NCBI GenBank assembly: GCA_964478715.1
Contig: CAYZIY010000011.1
Location: 1,980-65,979, forward strand
Direction: 5' to 3'
DNA: 64,000 nt
Origin: an uncultured Planctomycetales bacterium
GTDB lineage: Bacteria; Omnitrophota; Gorgyraeia; Zapsychrales; JBDRMG01
Every line of letters begins with the position of its first letter. The stretch's first letter is position 1. The notes beneath the pieces were generated by a model. That model saw only the letters and a program-made list of their open reading frames with translations. It was not told the origin of the DNA and made no database searches. Positions 9,802 to 20,329 of the stretch are shown here, in pieces. Position numbers and translations under genes: made by a program.

Positions 9802-11410
9802 ACAACGGCACCTTATGGTTCGCGCGCGGGGAATCAAAAAGAGCAATAGACGGATTGCCCTCGGCAAAATATTTTAAGGACCATTGCGATTCAAAGAGTA
9901 TAACTTTTCTATCCTGATCATCCCGCGCCAAGACCGCGCCGCTTGGCAGAGCACGTTTTAATTCCTCATCCTCAAGAGACGATTCCATCCATCGCAATAT
10001 TTTCCACGGCATCATCTCAAGACGGGTGTCCGCCTTATATTCGTCTTTCAAGCGGTACTGCAAAACCTCAAACTGCAAAGGCCCTACGGCGCCTAAAAGC
10101 GGAGTCGGCCGCTGAGAATTCTCCAAATAAAATGTCTGCGCAATATCTTCGGCAAGCAGATGTTCTAATCCTTTTCTGAAGGATTTGTAAGTGGCGGCTG
10201 AGGCATACTGTAAAAAAGCGAAACATTCCGGCGCGAAACGGGGAATTTCTTCAAAGGAAAGGCCGGTATCGGTACTTATGGTATCCCCGATCCGAAACTC
10301 TTTTTTTGTGACAAATCCGATAATGTCTCCTGGAAACGCTTCACTTGTAAGCTCACGGTCATGCCCAAAAACATTAAAAGAGTCGGACAAGCGGATTTCG
10401 CGTCCTGAGCGGGCGTGAAGCACTTTCATGTCGCGGTAAAATCTCCCCGAACAAACCCTGGCAAAAACCACGCGGTCGCGGTGTAAAGGGTTCATGTTGG
10501 TCTGGACTTTAAACACAAAAGAGGAAAAATGCGGGTGATCTATCGGAATGATGTTACCGTTAGCTTTTCTGGGTTTCGGCTCTTGAGAATACTTCAAAAA
10601 GCTTTTTAAAAGAAACTCTACTCCGAAATTATTAGCTGCGCTGCCGAAAAAAACAGGCGTTGTTTTTCCTTCCCGCACGGCGTCTTGATCAAATCCCGCG
10701 TGCGCGCCGTCTAACATTTCCAGCTCCTCGGCGATTTCCCTGTATGTTTGTTTATGCAACAGGTTTTTTACTAAAGGATCAGAGAGATTCCGCACTGCAA
10801 CCGGAGCTCTGTATGAGCCGCCGGGAACCCGTTCAAAAAGATGTACCCGCTTGCCCATCCTGTCATAAATGCCTTTAAAATCGGTGCCGTTGCCTAACGG
10901 CCAATTAACGGGATAAGCATGCAGATGAAGAACTTTTTCTAATTGATCAATAAGCTCAAGAGGAGATTTGGCGGGCCGGTCAAGCTTATTCATGAAGGTA
11001 AATATCGGAATGCTCCGCTTGCGGCAGATTTCAAAGAGTTTTAACGTTTGGCTTTCTATGCCCTTAACCGCGTCGATCACCATAACAACCGCGTCCACCG
11101 CTATTAAAACCCGATAAGTGTCTTCCGAAAAATCTTTATGCCCCGGCGTGTCGAGCAGATTAAGGCGGTAGCCCTCATAATCAAACTGCAAGACGGTTGA
11201 GGATATCGAAATCCCGCGCTTTTTCTCAAGCTCCATCCAGTCGGAAGCGGTTTCGCGCTGTTTCTTTTTCGCGGTTACCGATCCGGCCAGGTCCAAAGCC
11301 CCGCCGTACAATAACAGCTTTTCCGTCAGCGTTGTTTTACCCGCGTCGGGATGCGAAATAATAGCGAATGTCCTTCGCCGCGAGGCCTCCCTTTTTATCT
11401 GCATATCCAC
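9785..11410 (-). CDS. prfC: peptide chain release factor 3
   Basis: RRTFAIISHPDAGKTTLTEKLLL, SDWMELEKKRGISI, DTPGHKDFSEDTYR, GAVGPLQFEVLQYRL. Confidence 0.97.
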   Translation of the reverse strand: MDMQIKREASRRRTFAIISHPDAGKTTLTEKLLLYGGALDLAGSVTAKKKQRETASDWMELEKKRGISISSTVLQFDYEGYRLNLLDTPGHKDFSEDTYRVLIAVDAVVMVIDAVKGIESQTLKLFEICRKRSIPIFTFMNKLDRPAKSPLELIDQLEKVLHLHAYPVNWPLGNGTDFKGIYDRMGKRVHLFERVPGGSYRAPVAVRNLSDPLVKNLLHKQTYREIAEELEMLDGAHAGFDQDAVREGKTTPVFFGSAANNFGVEFLLKSFLKYSQEPKPRKANGNIIPIDHPHFSSFVFKVQTNMNPLHRDRVVFARVCSGRFYRDMKVLHARSGREIRLSDSFNVFGHDRELTSEAFPGDIIGFVTKKEFRIGDTISTDTGLSFEEIPRFAPECFAFLQYASAATYKSFRKGLEHLLAEDIAQTFYLENSQRPTPLLGAVGPLQFEVLQYRLKDEYKADTRLEMMPWKILRWMESSLEDEELKRALPSGAVLARDDQDRKVILFESQWSLKYFAEGNPSIALFDSPRANHKVPLYARTR

Positions 11411-11426
11411 GATTGATTTCTAAAGA

Positions 11427-13538
11427 CTATTTTGTTTCAGCCTTCTTTTTGCTTAAGTTACACCGCTTCATTTTATCGATTTCGACCAACTTGACTTTAA
11501 AACGGTCACCTGTCTTAACTACTTGGCTTAAATCCTTGACAAAATCATTTGAAAACTCAGAAACATGAACCAGTCCCTGCTTGCCCGGCAGAAATTCACA
11601 AAAAGCACCGAAATTCTGAACTTTGACCACCACGGCGTCATAGATTTTACCGATCTCGGGAGCTTCCGTAAGGCCGTTAATAAAAGTAACGGCCTTTTGA
11701 GCGGCTTCTTTGCTGAAAGCCGCTACCAAAACCTTACCGTCATCGTCGATATCTATGGATTCGACCCCCGACTCTTCCTTAATCCGCTTGATCATCTTTC
11801 CACCGGGGCCTATAACTTCGCCAATCTTATCCTGCGGGACTTCGGTCATTACGATCCTTGGGGCGTGTTCAGAAATATCGCTTTTAGGAGCCGCGATAAC
11901 GGAAAGCATATGCTCTAAGATCGACATCCGCGCTTTACGTGCCGATTCCATACCCTTAACCAGTATTTCCATCGGAAGTCCTTTGATTTTTAGGTCAAGC
12001 TGTATCGCGGTAACGCCTTTTTTGCTTCCGGCGATCTTGTAATCCATGTCACCATGATGGTCTTCCATGCCGATGATATCGGTTAAAAGTTCATACCGGT
12101 CTTTATCAAAGTCGCTGACAAGCCCGATTGAGATACCCGCGATCGGGTTTGTTATAGGCACTCCGGCATCCATAAGGCTTAAACAGCCGGAGCATACGCT
12201 GGCCATTGACGAAGAACCGTTGGATTCAAGGATCTCGGAGACCACCCTGATGGTATAAGGAAACTCTTCCCTTGAAGGCAGAACCGCCTTAAGAGCCTTG
12301 GCTGCCAAAGCGCCGTGACCGATTTCCCTGCGTCCCGGTCCGCGGCTTGGACGAGCCTCGCCGACGCTGAATGACGGAAAATTATAATGGAGCATAAAGT
12401 TGTTATACGCCAGATCCTGCAGGCCTTCGATCATCTTTTCATCCCGCTTTGTTCCGAGCGTGACAACCGCCATGCTTTGGGTTTGGCCGCGGCTGAATAA
12501 AGCTGAGCCGTGTGTGCGCGGCAAAACACCAATTTCCGCGCACAGAGGCCGCAATTGGTCCAATGCCCTGCCGTCAAATCTCTTTTTTTCATTCAAAACG
12601 AATTTTCGGATCACTTCGGACTCGATTGTATCGAATATTGCGCGGACATCTTTTTCCGTGACTTCGTTGCCTTCGCTCGCATATTCTTGATACACAGACA
12701 TATCATTTAAAAGATCTTTCAGAATATTTTTACGAAAGTTCTCTTTTTCCGTTAAGTCTAAGATCTTAGAATAACCGTTGAGGCGGTCAAAACACAAGCG
12801 TGAAACATTTTCTTTTAATCCGGGATGACGCGCGGACAGTGTAAGCGAGGCTTTTTCTTTGCCCGTTTGATCACGCAGCTCATCCTGAATGGTAAGGATT
12901 CCTTTTAATAACGGTTCAGCGAATCTGAGTCCTTCGGCGACTTTTTCTTCCGGGACCTCTTTTCCTTCTCCCTCGATCATGACAATTCCGTGACGTGAAC
13001 CAACGACGAAAAGCTCCAATAAACTTTCCTCGCGCTCGGTGTATCCCGGGTTTACGATAAACCCGCCGTCTTTCATCCCCACGCGTAAAGCCGCAACAGG
13101 CCCGTCAAAGGGAATGTCGGAAATGTGAAGCGCCGAGGACGCGCCGATAGCGGCAAGGACATCCGGATCATTCTCGCCGTCACTGCTGATGACATTACAG
13201 GTAACGACAACATCATAGTAAAATCCTTCCGGAAACAACGGGCGGATAGGCCGGTCGATGATCCGAGCCGTTAGTGTTTCTTTTTCCGTGGGGCGGCCTT
13301 CCCGCTTAAAAAATCCTCCGGGAATACGCCCGGCCGAATAAACTTTTTCCTGATATTCAACCATCAAAGGCAAGAAATCTGCCCCTGCCTTTGGGTTCTC
13401 AGACATACATGCCGCGACCAGCACAACCGTTCCGCCGCAGGTTACCGTTACCGCGCCGTTGGCCTGTTTCGCGACCTTGCCGGTTTCAATGATTATCTTC
13501 TGACTGCCCAATTGCACTTCTACTTTGCTAGAATTCAT
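11427..13538 (-). CDS. pnp: polyribonucleotide nucleotidyltransferase
   Basis: [41 protein letters not shown] (IGPGGK) and S1 (FGAF..GLVHVSE) domains. Confidence 0.98.
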   Translation of the reverse strand: MNSSKVEVQLGSQKIIIETGKVAKQANGAVTVTCGGTVVLVAACMSENPKAGADFLPLMVEYQEKVYSAGRIPGGFFKREGRPTEKETLTARIIDRPIRPLFPEGFYYDVVVTCNVISSDGENDPDVLAAIGASSALHISDIPFDGPVAALRVGMKDGGFIVNPGYTEREESLLELFVVGSRHGIVMIEGEGKEVPEEKVAEGLRFAEPLLKGILTIQDELRDQTGKEKASLTLSARHPGLKENVSRLCFDRLNGYSKILDLTEKENFRKNILKDLLNDMSVYQEYASEGNEVTEKDVRAIFDTIESEVIRKFVLNEKKRFDGRALDQLRPLCAEIGVLPRTHGSALFSRGQTQSMAVVTLGTKRDEKMIEGLQDLAYNNFMLHYNFPSFSVGEARPSRGPGRREIGHGALAAKALKAVLPSREEFPYTIRVVSEILESNGSSSMASVCSGCLSLMDAGVPITNPIAGISIGLVSDFDKDRYELLTDIIGMEDHHGDMDYKIAGSKKGVTAIQLDLKIKGLPMEILVKGMESARKARMSILEHMLSVIAAPKSDISEHAPRIVMTEVPQDKIGEVIGPGGKMIKRIKEESGVESIDIDDDGKVLVAAFSKEAAQKAVTFINGLTEAPEIGKIYDAVVVKVQNFGAFCEFLPGKQGLVHVSEFSNDFVKDLSQVVKTGDRFKVKLVEIDKMKRCNLSKKKAETK

Positions 13539-13582
13539 CGCTTCTCCTTTTTTTATTTAAAATCTACTTTTTGCACCTTTTT

Positions 13583-13892
13583 TTATGAAAATGTTTCCGC
13601 GCGCTTAATGCACATTTTTGTTTTCGGCAGTGCTCTGCGCCGTTTATCTTCAATAAGCCCCTTACCATATGCGCATATACTAAAATTCTGATTGTTAATA
13701 TTAGCCAGGTTCTTTTCTAACCCCTGAAGCACATTTTTAAGAGAGCGTAACGTCTGTTCTTCCCATCCTTCCGTGGGATCGATTTGAAATAAAAGGCTTA
13801 CTCTTCGCCTTTAATTTCTCAAGATTCCGCTTAACCGCGTCTATCTGCTTGTGAATCTCTTTTTTAAGCTTTTCTTTCTCTTCCCGTAGCAT
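13583..13892 (-). pseudogene. DksA/TraR C4 Zn-finger family pseudogene
   Basis: Manual translation. MLREEKEKLKKEIHKQIDAVKRNLEKLKAKSKPFISNRSHGRMGRTD, then a frameshift to EQTLRSLKNVLQGLEKNLANINNQNFSICAYGKGLIEDKRRRALPKTKMCIKRAETFS*. This matches the coiled coil plus FGxCxxC...IxxxRLxALPxTxxCxxC pattern with two Cys lost. Confidence 0.78.
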
Positions 13893-14109
13893 ATTTTACC
13901 TTTTTGTTAAATAAAATCATAACGCCCATGCACTTCTGGACACCATCCGTCTGATATCAATTATTTTTTTAAGAAAATAAGGATACAAAACGTCACGGAG
14001 TTACTGCTTCTTAAGGCGGAGTAACCGGGGACGAAGTCGAAACTCGGAGAGGTACCAGCGCGAAAGGGGATTTACTGATATTATATTTAGGCTTCTTCAT
14101 TTGAGTGGC

Positions 14110-14138
14110 ATGTTACCATTTAACCGCGCGAAAGTCAA
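14110..14138 (-). promoter_or_regulatory. sigma70 promoter upstream of the dksA-pseudogene/pnp/prfC run
   Basis: TTGACT-N17-TAACAT on the minus strand. Confidence 0.55.
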
Positions 14139-14376
14139 TCTTTAACTGTTCCGTAACTGTTCCACCCATTAAAAATAATATTATCCTCAATACGGCTTCT
14201 TATCGATCCTAATCATGCCGAAAAGCGCTAACAATCAGCAGTTTTCCAGCTCGATCGCGCGATGTCCGGCCCCGAAACAGCTAGTGACAATCTTTAAGAA
14301 TTTATCGCGCTTTATCTCCTTAAAACAACTTCTGGAATTATAGCATTCATTAGGATATAAGGAAAGCGATGGGTGA

Positions 14377-16431
14377 TCAGAATTTGCCGGTGACCCCAAT
14401 CAGAAAATTACGCTCCGGTGCCGGATAATGGTCTTTATCCAGGGATCCGCTCTTTTTGGCGGCGTAGCTGTAATATTTTCCGTCAAAAATATTATTCAGC
14501 TCCAGAAAGAATTCCAAGTGCTTAGCCTCAAAGCTGAATTTGCTGTCCATTACACAATACGGCTTAATGCCCGCTGTGATATTCTCAGTATCATTAAGCG
14601 GGTAACGAAATCCTGTATAGCGACCCGATAGGGTGATGCCGAAACGTTTTATAAAATTCAGACTCAAACCCCAATTGGCCTGATGTTTGGATGTCATGGG
14701 AATTTGCTTGCCGTTGTTGTCACCATCAACAAATTCCGGATTCTGATAGGTGTAATTCGTGAAGAATTCCAGCCTGTCCAAAATCTCTAGATCAAGCATT
14801 TTTAGCAGATTGGTGGTTTGGCTAACCTCGAATCCGGTACGGCGGGTTTTACCATAATTGTCGTTTGCTCCCGATCCCCAGGGGCCACCTTTGGGATCAT
14901 AATAAATTTCATTATTGAGATCCATCCAGTAGAATGTTCCGTTGATTAGCACTTTATCCTGCCAATTATGTTTCAGGCCGGCTTCATATTGAAGACCGGT
15001 TTGCTGTTTCAAATCGGTATTAAGCGTTCCTGTAAAAGAATCATACCATTCATCGGTGGCCAGATATCGGAAGGTCTGCTCCACATCGAAGAAAGCATTA
15101 GACCCTCTGGCGTATTCATACTTCATCCCAAATGTGTTGACGGATTCCGCAGGCGAGGCCGTGTCATAGGTGATCGTTCCGGGAATAAAGCCGGCTCGTT
15201 GATCAAAGGTGTAATCAGCTTCATGAAAACGTGTACCGGCATTGGCGTGGATGTCGTCCCAAAATTCATATTCCGAAAATAAATAAAAGCCGCGTTCTTC
15301 TTTAGATATGGTCAGATTATCGCTGTTCGTGCCGCTTCCGATGATTTGATTAGTCGTATCATAATAATCGATTCCGGTCACAAAATTGAATTCTTTATCA
15401 AAGATTGTCTGATTAAAGACATATTTAGAGGTCAAGCCGAAGGAATCTATTTCTCTTTTGGTATTGAAATTAAAATCAGCGAACGAACCGTAGGTGTCAC
15501 GGTTACGATAAGAAAAATCTACCACAAAATGACCCCAGTCAATATCTTCGGGCCAGGGCCTTACATCAATAACCATTTGTATAAAGCGGTCGGTGGCATT
15601 GGCAAAGTTATTAGGCTCAGCCGTTCCCTTTCGCCCGAAAGTTTGCAGCTCGCTGGCGCTTAATCCTCCGGGTAGTCCATAATCCGATTCGTGCCAACCG
15701 GTATGCAGATCAAGGCTGATTTTATCGGAAAGTTTGTATCCGAATTGACCGTTAAAATCTTTGGTTAAAATATCTCCGTTATCCCTATGGCCTCCGGTAT
15801 CATAATATTTTGAGGAAATCATGTAGGAAAGGTTGTGATCAAGCCCCAGGAAATCAAATGGCTTAGATCCGAATAGCTGGGTATTAACGCCCTCTGTGCG
15901 GAAACTCCCATAAAGGGCCTGAACTTGGCCTGATAGATCCCCTTCGCCTTCTTTGGTAATAATATTGACGACGCCGCCAACGGCATTATCTCCATAAAGA
16001 ACAGATCCGGCTCCGCGGATGATTTCGATTCTTTTAACGATTTCCAGAGGAATCTGTAGGAAGTCGGGTCCTGTCATATCGATGGAATTGACCTTGCGGT
16101 CATTGACCAGAACCAGGACATTCCGGGCGGCTGTGTCGCCGAATCCGCGGATATCGACAACAGCAGTCTGGATTGTTCCGGTGTCATAAACGCTAATACC
16201 CGGCTGTTGTTTTAGAATATCAGAAACAGTTTGAGCGTTTAAGACTTCGATATCTGTGGTATCGATTATTGTCACATCGGAGGAAACTTTATATCCATGC
16301 TGAGCGATACGGCTGGCCGTGATAACGATAGATCCTAAGTCAACAACATCTCTTTCTTGCCCCATCACCATACCTAAGCAAGAAAGAAGAAACGCGAAGC
16401 TTAACACATAAATACGCAAATTATTCATCAT
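14377..16431 (-). CDS. btuB: TonB-dependent outer membrane receptor, probably for cobalamin
   Basis: Signal peptide, TonB box-like SIVITASR, plug motifs IRGFG and RIEIIRGAGSVLYG..AVGGVVNIITK, C-terminal Phe; directly preceded by a cobalamin riboswitch. Confidence 0.85.
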   Translation of the reverse strand: MMNNLRIYVLSFAFLLSCLGMVMGQERDVVDLGSIVITASRIAQHGYKVSSDVTIIDTTDIEVLNAQTVSDILKQQPGISVYDTGTIQTAVVDIRGFGDTAARNVLVLVNDRKVNSIDMTGPDFLQIPLEIVKRIEIIRGAGSVLYGDNAVGGVVNIITKEGEGDLSGQVQALYGSFRTEGVNTQLFGSKPFDFLGLDHNLSYMISSKYYDTGGHRDNGDILTKDFNGQFGYKLSDKISLDLHTGWHESDYGLPGGLSASELQTFGRKGTAEPNNFANATDRFIQMVIDVRPWPEDIDWGHFVVDFSYRNRDTYGSFADFNFNTKREIDSFGLTSKYVFNQTIFDKEFNFVTGIDYYDTTNQIIGSGTNSDNLTISKEERGFYLFSEYEFWDDIHANAGTRFHEADYTFDQRAGFIPGTITYDTASPAESVNTFGMKYEYARGSNAFFDVEQTFRYLATDEWYDSFTGTLNTDLKQQTGLQYEAGLKHNWQDKVLINGTFYWMDLNNEIYYDPKGGPWGSGANDNYGKTRRTGFEVSQTTNLLKMLDLEILDRLEFFTNYTYQNPEFVDGDNNGKQIPMTSKHQANWGLSLNFIKRFGITLSGRYTGFRYPLNDTENITAGIKPYCVMDSKFSFEAKHLEFFLELNNIFDGKYYSYAAKKSGSLDKDHYPAPERNFLIGVTGKF

Positions 16432-16445
16432 TCTTTCCTTTCCAT

Positions 16446-16480
16446 AAAAAAAAATCCCAGCCGAAAATACGACTGGGATT
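16446..16480 (-). terminator. intrinsic terminator forming the riboswitch expression platform
   Basis: Minus strand AATCCCAGTCG-TATTTT-CGGCTGGGATT followed by a U-run, just upstream of the receptor RBS. Confidence 0.8.
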
Positions 16481-16550
16481 GCACCCTTGATTTCTTGATC
16501 CCGATTTATTCGTTTGTGATGTTATACACCCGTAACGTGACAAACGTGAA

Positions 16551-16727
16551 ACTATAGGCAGGCCTTCTGGCTTACGGACGAATGTCCTACTCCTCTTGCC
16601 TTCTCACCCTTATGAGTAATGGCTGATTAAGAGTTTCGTTTCCGATTACAGCGGCGGGACCGCGCCTGAATCGCACAGGCTTTCCTTTTAACTCTGCGTT
16701 TTTAAAATAAGCAGAGCACTCTATAGC
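16551..16727 (-). ncRNA. cobalamin (AdoCbl) riboswitch
   Basis: Minus strand CTATAG..GTGCTCTGC/GCAGAG hairpin, TTAAAAGGAAAG.CTGTGCGATTCAGG.GCGGTCCCGCCGCTGTAA, GCCATT..GAGAAGGC, and B12 box AAGCCAGAAGGCCTGCC, closing with CTATAG. Confidence 0.93.
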
Positions 16728-16735
16728 GAAAATTG

Positions 16736-17242
16736 TTATGCTGTCAAAAGAACGCGGGCCATCTGTGTATCTTTGATCCGATAGGCAATGATCTCATAAA
16801 TCCCAAAAAAGACAGTACTGTAAAACACAGTACTGATAAGCGTTTTTCTGAAAAAAGGCAGGGCAAGAATAAAACACTCCTGCAATCCCGCAAGCGTGTG
16901 GGGATACCATCCCATCAGCCAGACGCCGAAGTTGGTGGTCAGGAAAAATATGACCGCCGAAAGTAAGCTCGCGCCAAAAATCATAACCGGAGTTTTTCTT
17001 TTCCTTAAAGCCAGCCCAATAAAAGCCACAATCAAAATAGAGCCCCAGGTAAATAAAATAATATTATGCACTCCCAAAAGGACGTCAGTGATCATCATCA
17101 AGGCAACCGGCAGCAACAAGGCTAATTTCCGGTTTAAATAGACGCCTCCGAAAAGGATCAACGCCAGAAAGGGAGTAAAGTTTGCATCATGGGTTATGAT
17201 TCGCGCCACTATACCAGCCAATAAGATAAGAATAGCAAGCAT
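16736..17242 (-). CDS. DUF6580-like small membrane protein (ECF S-component/BtuM-like candidate B12 transporter)
   Basis: About 5-6 TMs with NFTP..ALILFGGVYL, FFLTTNFGVW, YPHTLAGL..C...ALPFF; adjacent to the B12 riboswitch and receptor. Confidence 0.7.
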   Translation of the reverse strand: MLAILILLAGIVARIITHDANFTPFLALILFGGVYLNRKLALLLPVALMMITDVLLGVHNIILFTWGSILIVAFIGLALRKRKTPVMIFGASLLSAVIFFLTTNFGVWLMGWYPHTLAGLQECFILALPFFRKTLISTVFYSTVFFGIYEIIAYRIKDTQMARVLLTA

Positions 17243-17334
17243 GGTTTTCTCCTGTTTTTTTACCTATTTTATTTTACCTATTTTTTTTCATCTGTATATT
17301 TCTCAAGGAAGCAAAAGGCACCAGGAAGCTCTCC

Positions 17335-17808
17335 TTATCCCTGATTCTTTTGTGTAATTTCCCTGATAAGAAGCAAAGATCTCTGCAGGCCTTCTTTGTT
17401 CTGATCTTGACTGAAAAGCTCAGCGCTTTTCTTAGCGCTGGCCAGCGCTTTTTTCGTGTTTCCTTTAAAATTATAATTAATGGCCAGCATGTAATGGAGA
17501 TCCGGCTCATTGGGAGCGACGCGTGTTGCGGCAACAAATGTATCAATGGCGCGATCGGGCTGATTCAAATTCATGTAAGTCCGGCCCAGGATCAGATACG
17601 GGTCCAAATCATTGGGATTTCTTTTGATGGCTTCATCAAAACTATTGATAGCCTGAATAACATTTCTTTCTTTTAAATGTTGTAGGCCTTCCTGGATAAG
17701 ATCGTTCTGCTCTTTTTTTGCGGAAGCGACTTTATTTTCGGATTGATTAGATCCGCAGCCGCCAACGCATAATATCAGTACCAGGACGAAAAATGATAAA
17801 AACTTCAT
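17335..17808 (-). CDS. TPR-repeat lipoprotein
   Basis: MKFLSFF..LCVGGC lipobox-like signal and TPR repeats; AGGAG RBS supports the start at 17808. Confidence 0.75.
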   Translation of the reverse strand: MKFLSFFVLVLILCVGGCGSNQSENKVASAKKEQNDLIQEGLQHLKERNVIQAINSFDEAIKRNPNDLDPYLILGRTYMNLNQPDRAIDTFVAATRVAPNEPDLHYMLAINYNFKGNTKKALASAKKSAELFSQDQNKEGLQRSLLLIREITQKNQG

Positions 17809-17888
17809 AGTGCATCTCCTTTTCATTGATTATATAACTTAATATGGAATACTCTCCCTGTCAACCGAAAATATCTGATCAAGAATAT

Positions 17889-18932
17889 TTATTGCAGATT
17901 ATTGACGGCAATGGATGTCAGTTGCGATAAAGCGTCAATTGAATCGATGCTGTGTTGGTTAAAAATATCTTCTTCGCTTTTGGTGTGTAAATTCAAAATA
18001 CCGATAAGTTTGTTATTTAAGACAAGAGGAGTAACATAGGCATGCTTGATGTCCTCTCGCTTGAGGAAAGGCTGAATCCGGTTATTTTTACAGCGCGTTC
18101 CGTGTATAATTACCGATGATCGCTGATCAGCAACGGTGCCGGAGAGGCCTTCTCCTATTTTGATTCTTGTCTTTCCGGCAATCTGCGGGTCAAGCCCTCG
18201 AGAGGCCATAATTTTTAAAGTTTGACTGCGCTGATCTAAAAGCATTACCGAACCACATTGCGCTCTAGTGACCTTCAGCACAGAATCAAGGAAATGGGCC
18301 AGGACTTCATCAGCATAAACAGTGGCAAACAATTTCTGGGCTTTGCTTCGGATTTCATCCGGGAGAAGATCGTGGTGGAGTGATTCTTTTTTGAAGATCA
18401 ACTCTTTTAGCTTGAGCTGAAGAATATAATTTCCGATTCTGTCGATTAAATCCAGCACAGATTTGATGCCCACAAATGACAAGACCCGCATCTCATTAAT
18501 TGCCTCCAAGAGATTATTGTCGTCAATCTTTAAAGAATCAGCGATTTTTTGATATTCTTTTTTTTCAAGTCTTTTATTTAGAATCACAGGACCTATGACA
18601 ATGTATGCTATCGCTTTATTTTCATCGATATTTAGAGGAACGGCAAAGTTGTGCAGGTCAAATTGGTAGTTGTATTCCAAATAAAATCCATGTCGACGAA
18701 ATTTGTCAATAAAGACACTATGCTCTTCATTAAGCAGATCAAAGTGGACCGGATGTGTTGAAAGAATGCTCCATCCGTAGCGATCCATTTGAGGCGGGAT
18801 AATGGTTTTTCCCGTACGATCCGTAATGAAGATGTTAATCCGAAGGACATCGACTAAAAACCCAAGGATCTCACTCCATTTGTCTTTTTCTATAACTTGC
18901 GCTAACAGATTGTCAGATTTCTCCGGATTCAT
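17889..18932 (-). CDS. PocR-like sensor domain + GAF domain protein with no output domain
   Basis: N-terminal DKWSEIL..LRINIFITD..G..FAVPL...IAYIVIGPV resembles PocR; C-terminal GAF (GSVMLLD, GEGLSG.VA, PLV...LIGILNL). Confidence 0.7.
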   Translation of the reverse strand: MNPEKSDNLLAQVIEKDKWSEILGFLVDVLRINIFITDRTGKTIIPPQMDRYGWSILSTHPVHFDLLNEEHSVFIDKFRRHGFYLEYNYQFDLHNFAVPLNIDENKAIAYIVIGPVILNKRLEKKEYQKIADSLKIDDNNLLEAINEMRVLSFVGIKSVLDLIDRIGNYILQLKLKELIFKKESLHHDLLPDEIRSKAQKLFATVYADEVLAHFLDSVLKVTRAQCGSVMLLDQRSQTLKIMASRGLDPQIAGKTRIKIGEGLSGTVADQRSSVIIHGTRCKNNRIQPFLKREDIKHAYVTPLVLNNKLIGILNLHTKSEEDIFNQHSIDSIDALSQLTSIAVNNLQ

Positions 18933-20329
18933 TCACTGACCTTTTTAAACGGGATATCGAATTTTTTCATTTTATTATAAAGAGTGGTTCGGTTTATTCC
19001 GAGTTGGGCTGCGGCTTTATTGCGGTTCCAATTCGATTGCCTTAAGGCCGAGAGAACCAGCTCCCGCTCAGGTTCTTCTAAAATGGATTTTAGCCCCTTT
19101 CCCTCTACGGGTTTCAGCGAAGAGCTTTCGAATTTATCGGAATTAGGGATATCCCATGCGTTGATGATGTGAGTTTTAGACATGATACAGGCTCCCTCAA
19201 TTGCGTTTTCAAGTTCGCGAACGTTGCCGGGCCAGTTGTATTCTATTAATAATTTTCTCACATCCGGGGACACATTTTCAATGCTTTTGTTGTTTTTTTT
19301 ATTAATTTTCTTTATAAAATGTTCGATCAAAAGTGGAATATCTTCTTTGCGTTCACGCAAAGGCGGCATCTCGATGCCGATTACGTTAATCCGATAGTAA
19401 AGATCTTCTCTGAACTGGCTTTTAGCAACCAGTGTTTTGAGATTTTGATTAGTTGCAACAATGATGCGGGCATTGGTCTTGCGGGTTGTATTATCCCCGA
19501 CTCGCTCAAAGATGCCGTCCTGCAGGACCCTCAGCAATTTTACCTGCAGATTAGGAGAGAATGCGTCGATCTCGTCGAGAAATATCGTTCCGTCTTTGGC
19601 GAATTCGAATCGTCCCTCTTTATCCTTGATTGCTCCCGTAAAAGCGCCTTTGACATGGCCGAAGAGCTCGCTTTCCAAAAGAGTTTCCGAAAGCGCGCCG
19701 CAGCTGACCTCGATAAACGGTTTTTTACTGCGGACGCGGTCTGTCTTGTGTATTGCCTGCGCCACCAGCCCCTTTCCCGTTCCGCTTTCGCCCGTGATCA
19801 TGATTGTGGCATGAGAATTGGCTACCGATTCTATAATATGATAAACTTTCTGCATTTTCTCTCCAGGTCCGATAAGATCATGAAATCGATGAGGGCGTGT
19901 TTTGGAAACTAGCTGGCGCAATTCTTTGTTTTCCTGCACTAATCTTTTTTGTTCCACTATTTTATTAAGCAGAATCTTGATTTCAGTGTCGTTAATGGGC
20001 TTGGTGATATAATCGGTGGCTCCTTTTCGCATGGCCTCCACCGCGCTTTCGATGGTTCCAAATCCGGTGATCAGGATCACTGCGCATTGCGCGAACTCCC
20101 TCTTGATCTGTTCCAGAAGTTCGATCCCGCTCATTTTGGGAAGCATCATGTCAGTGATCACGATATCGATAGGATTTTCTTTAAGAACATCGAGGGCTTC
20201 TTCCGCAGTGGGCGCCATGAAGGCATTATATTTTTCGATTCTCAGAATTTCATAAAGTGATTTTCGGATCAGAGGTTCGTCGTCTACAATCAGGATATTA
20301 TAAGGGTGGTTTTCAGCTAGCATCGTCAT
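18929..20329 (-). CDS. sigma54-dependent response regulator (NtrC family; PrsR-like role)
   Basis: Receiver (ILIVDDE, TDMMLP, KP), GESGTGK, ESELFGHVKGAFTGA, WPGNVRELEN, Fis HTH. Confidence 0.95.
   Translation of the reverse strand: MTMLAENHPYNILIVDDEPLIRKSLYEILRIEKYNAFMAPTAEEALDVLKENPIDIVITDMMLPKMSGIELLEQIKREFAQCAVILITGFGTIESAVEAMRKGATDYITKPINDTEIKILLNKIVEQKRLVQENKELRQLVSKTRPHRFHDLIGPGEKMQKVYHIIESVANSHATIMITGESGTGKGLVAQAIHKTDRVRSKKPFIEVSCGALSETLLESELFGHVKGAFTGAIKDKEGRFEFAKDGTIFLDEIDAFSPNLQVKLLRVLQDGIFERVGDNTTRKTNARIIVATNQNLKTLVAKSQFREDLYYRINVIGIEMPPLRERKEDIPLLIEHFIKKINKKNNKSIENVSPDVRKLLIEYNWPGNVRELENAIEGACIMSKTHIINAWDIPNSDKFESSSLKPVEGKGLKSILEEPERELVLSALRQSNWNRNKAAAQLGINRTTLYNKMKKFDIPFKKVSE

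Noticed and set aside
13995-14075. Resemblance to a hammerhead ribozyme, glycine riboswitch or attC site (GGACGAAG, GGAGAG, GTT..AAC)
   Set aside because: The required cores (CUGAUGA; CUCUCAGG; RYYYAAC...GTTRRRY order) are missing
14143-14163. Tandem TAACTGTTCC x2
   Set aside because: Only two copies and no supporting context; it could be an operator but cannot be supported
14185-14350. Possible decayed coding sequence downstream of the TonB receptor
   Set aside because: The frames examined are interrupted by stops and I could not recognise any family
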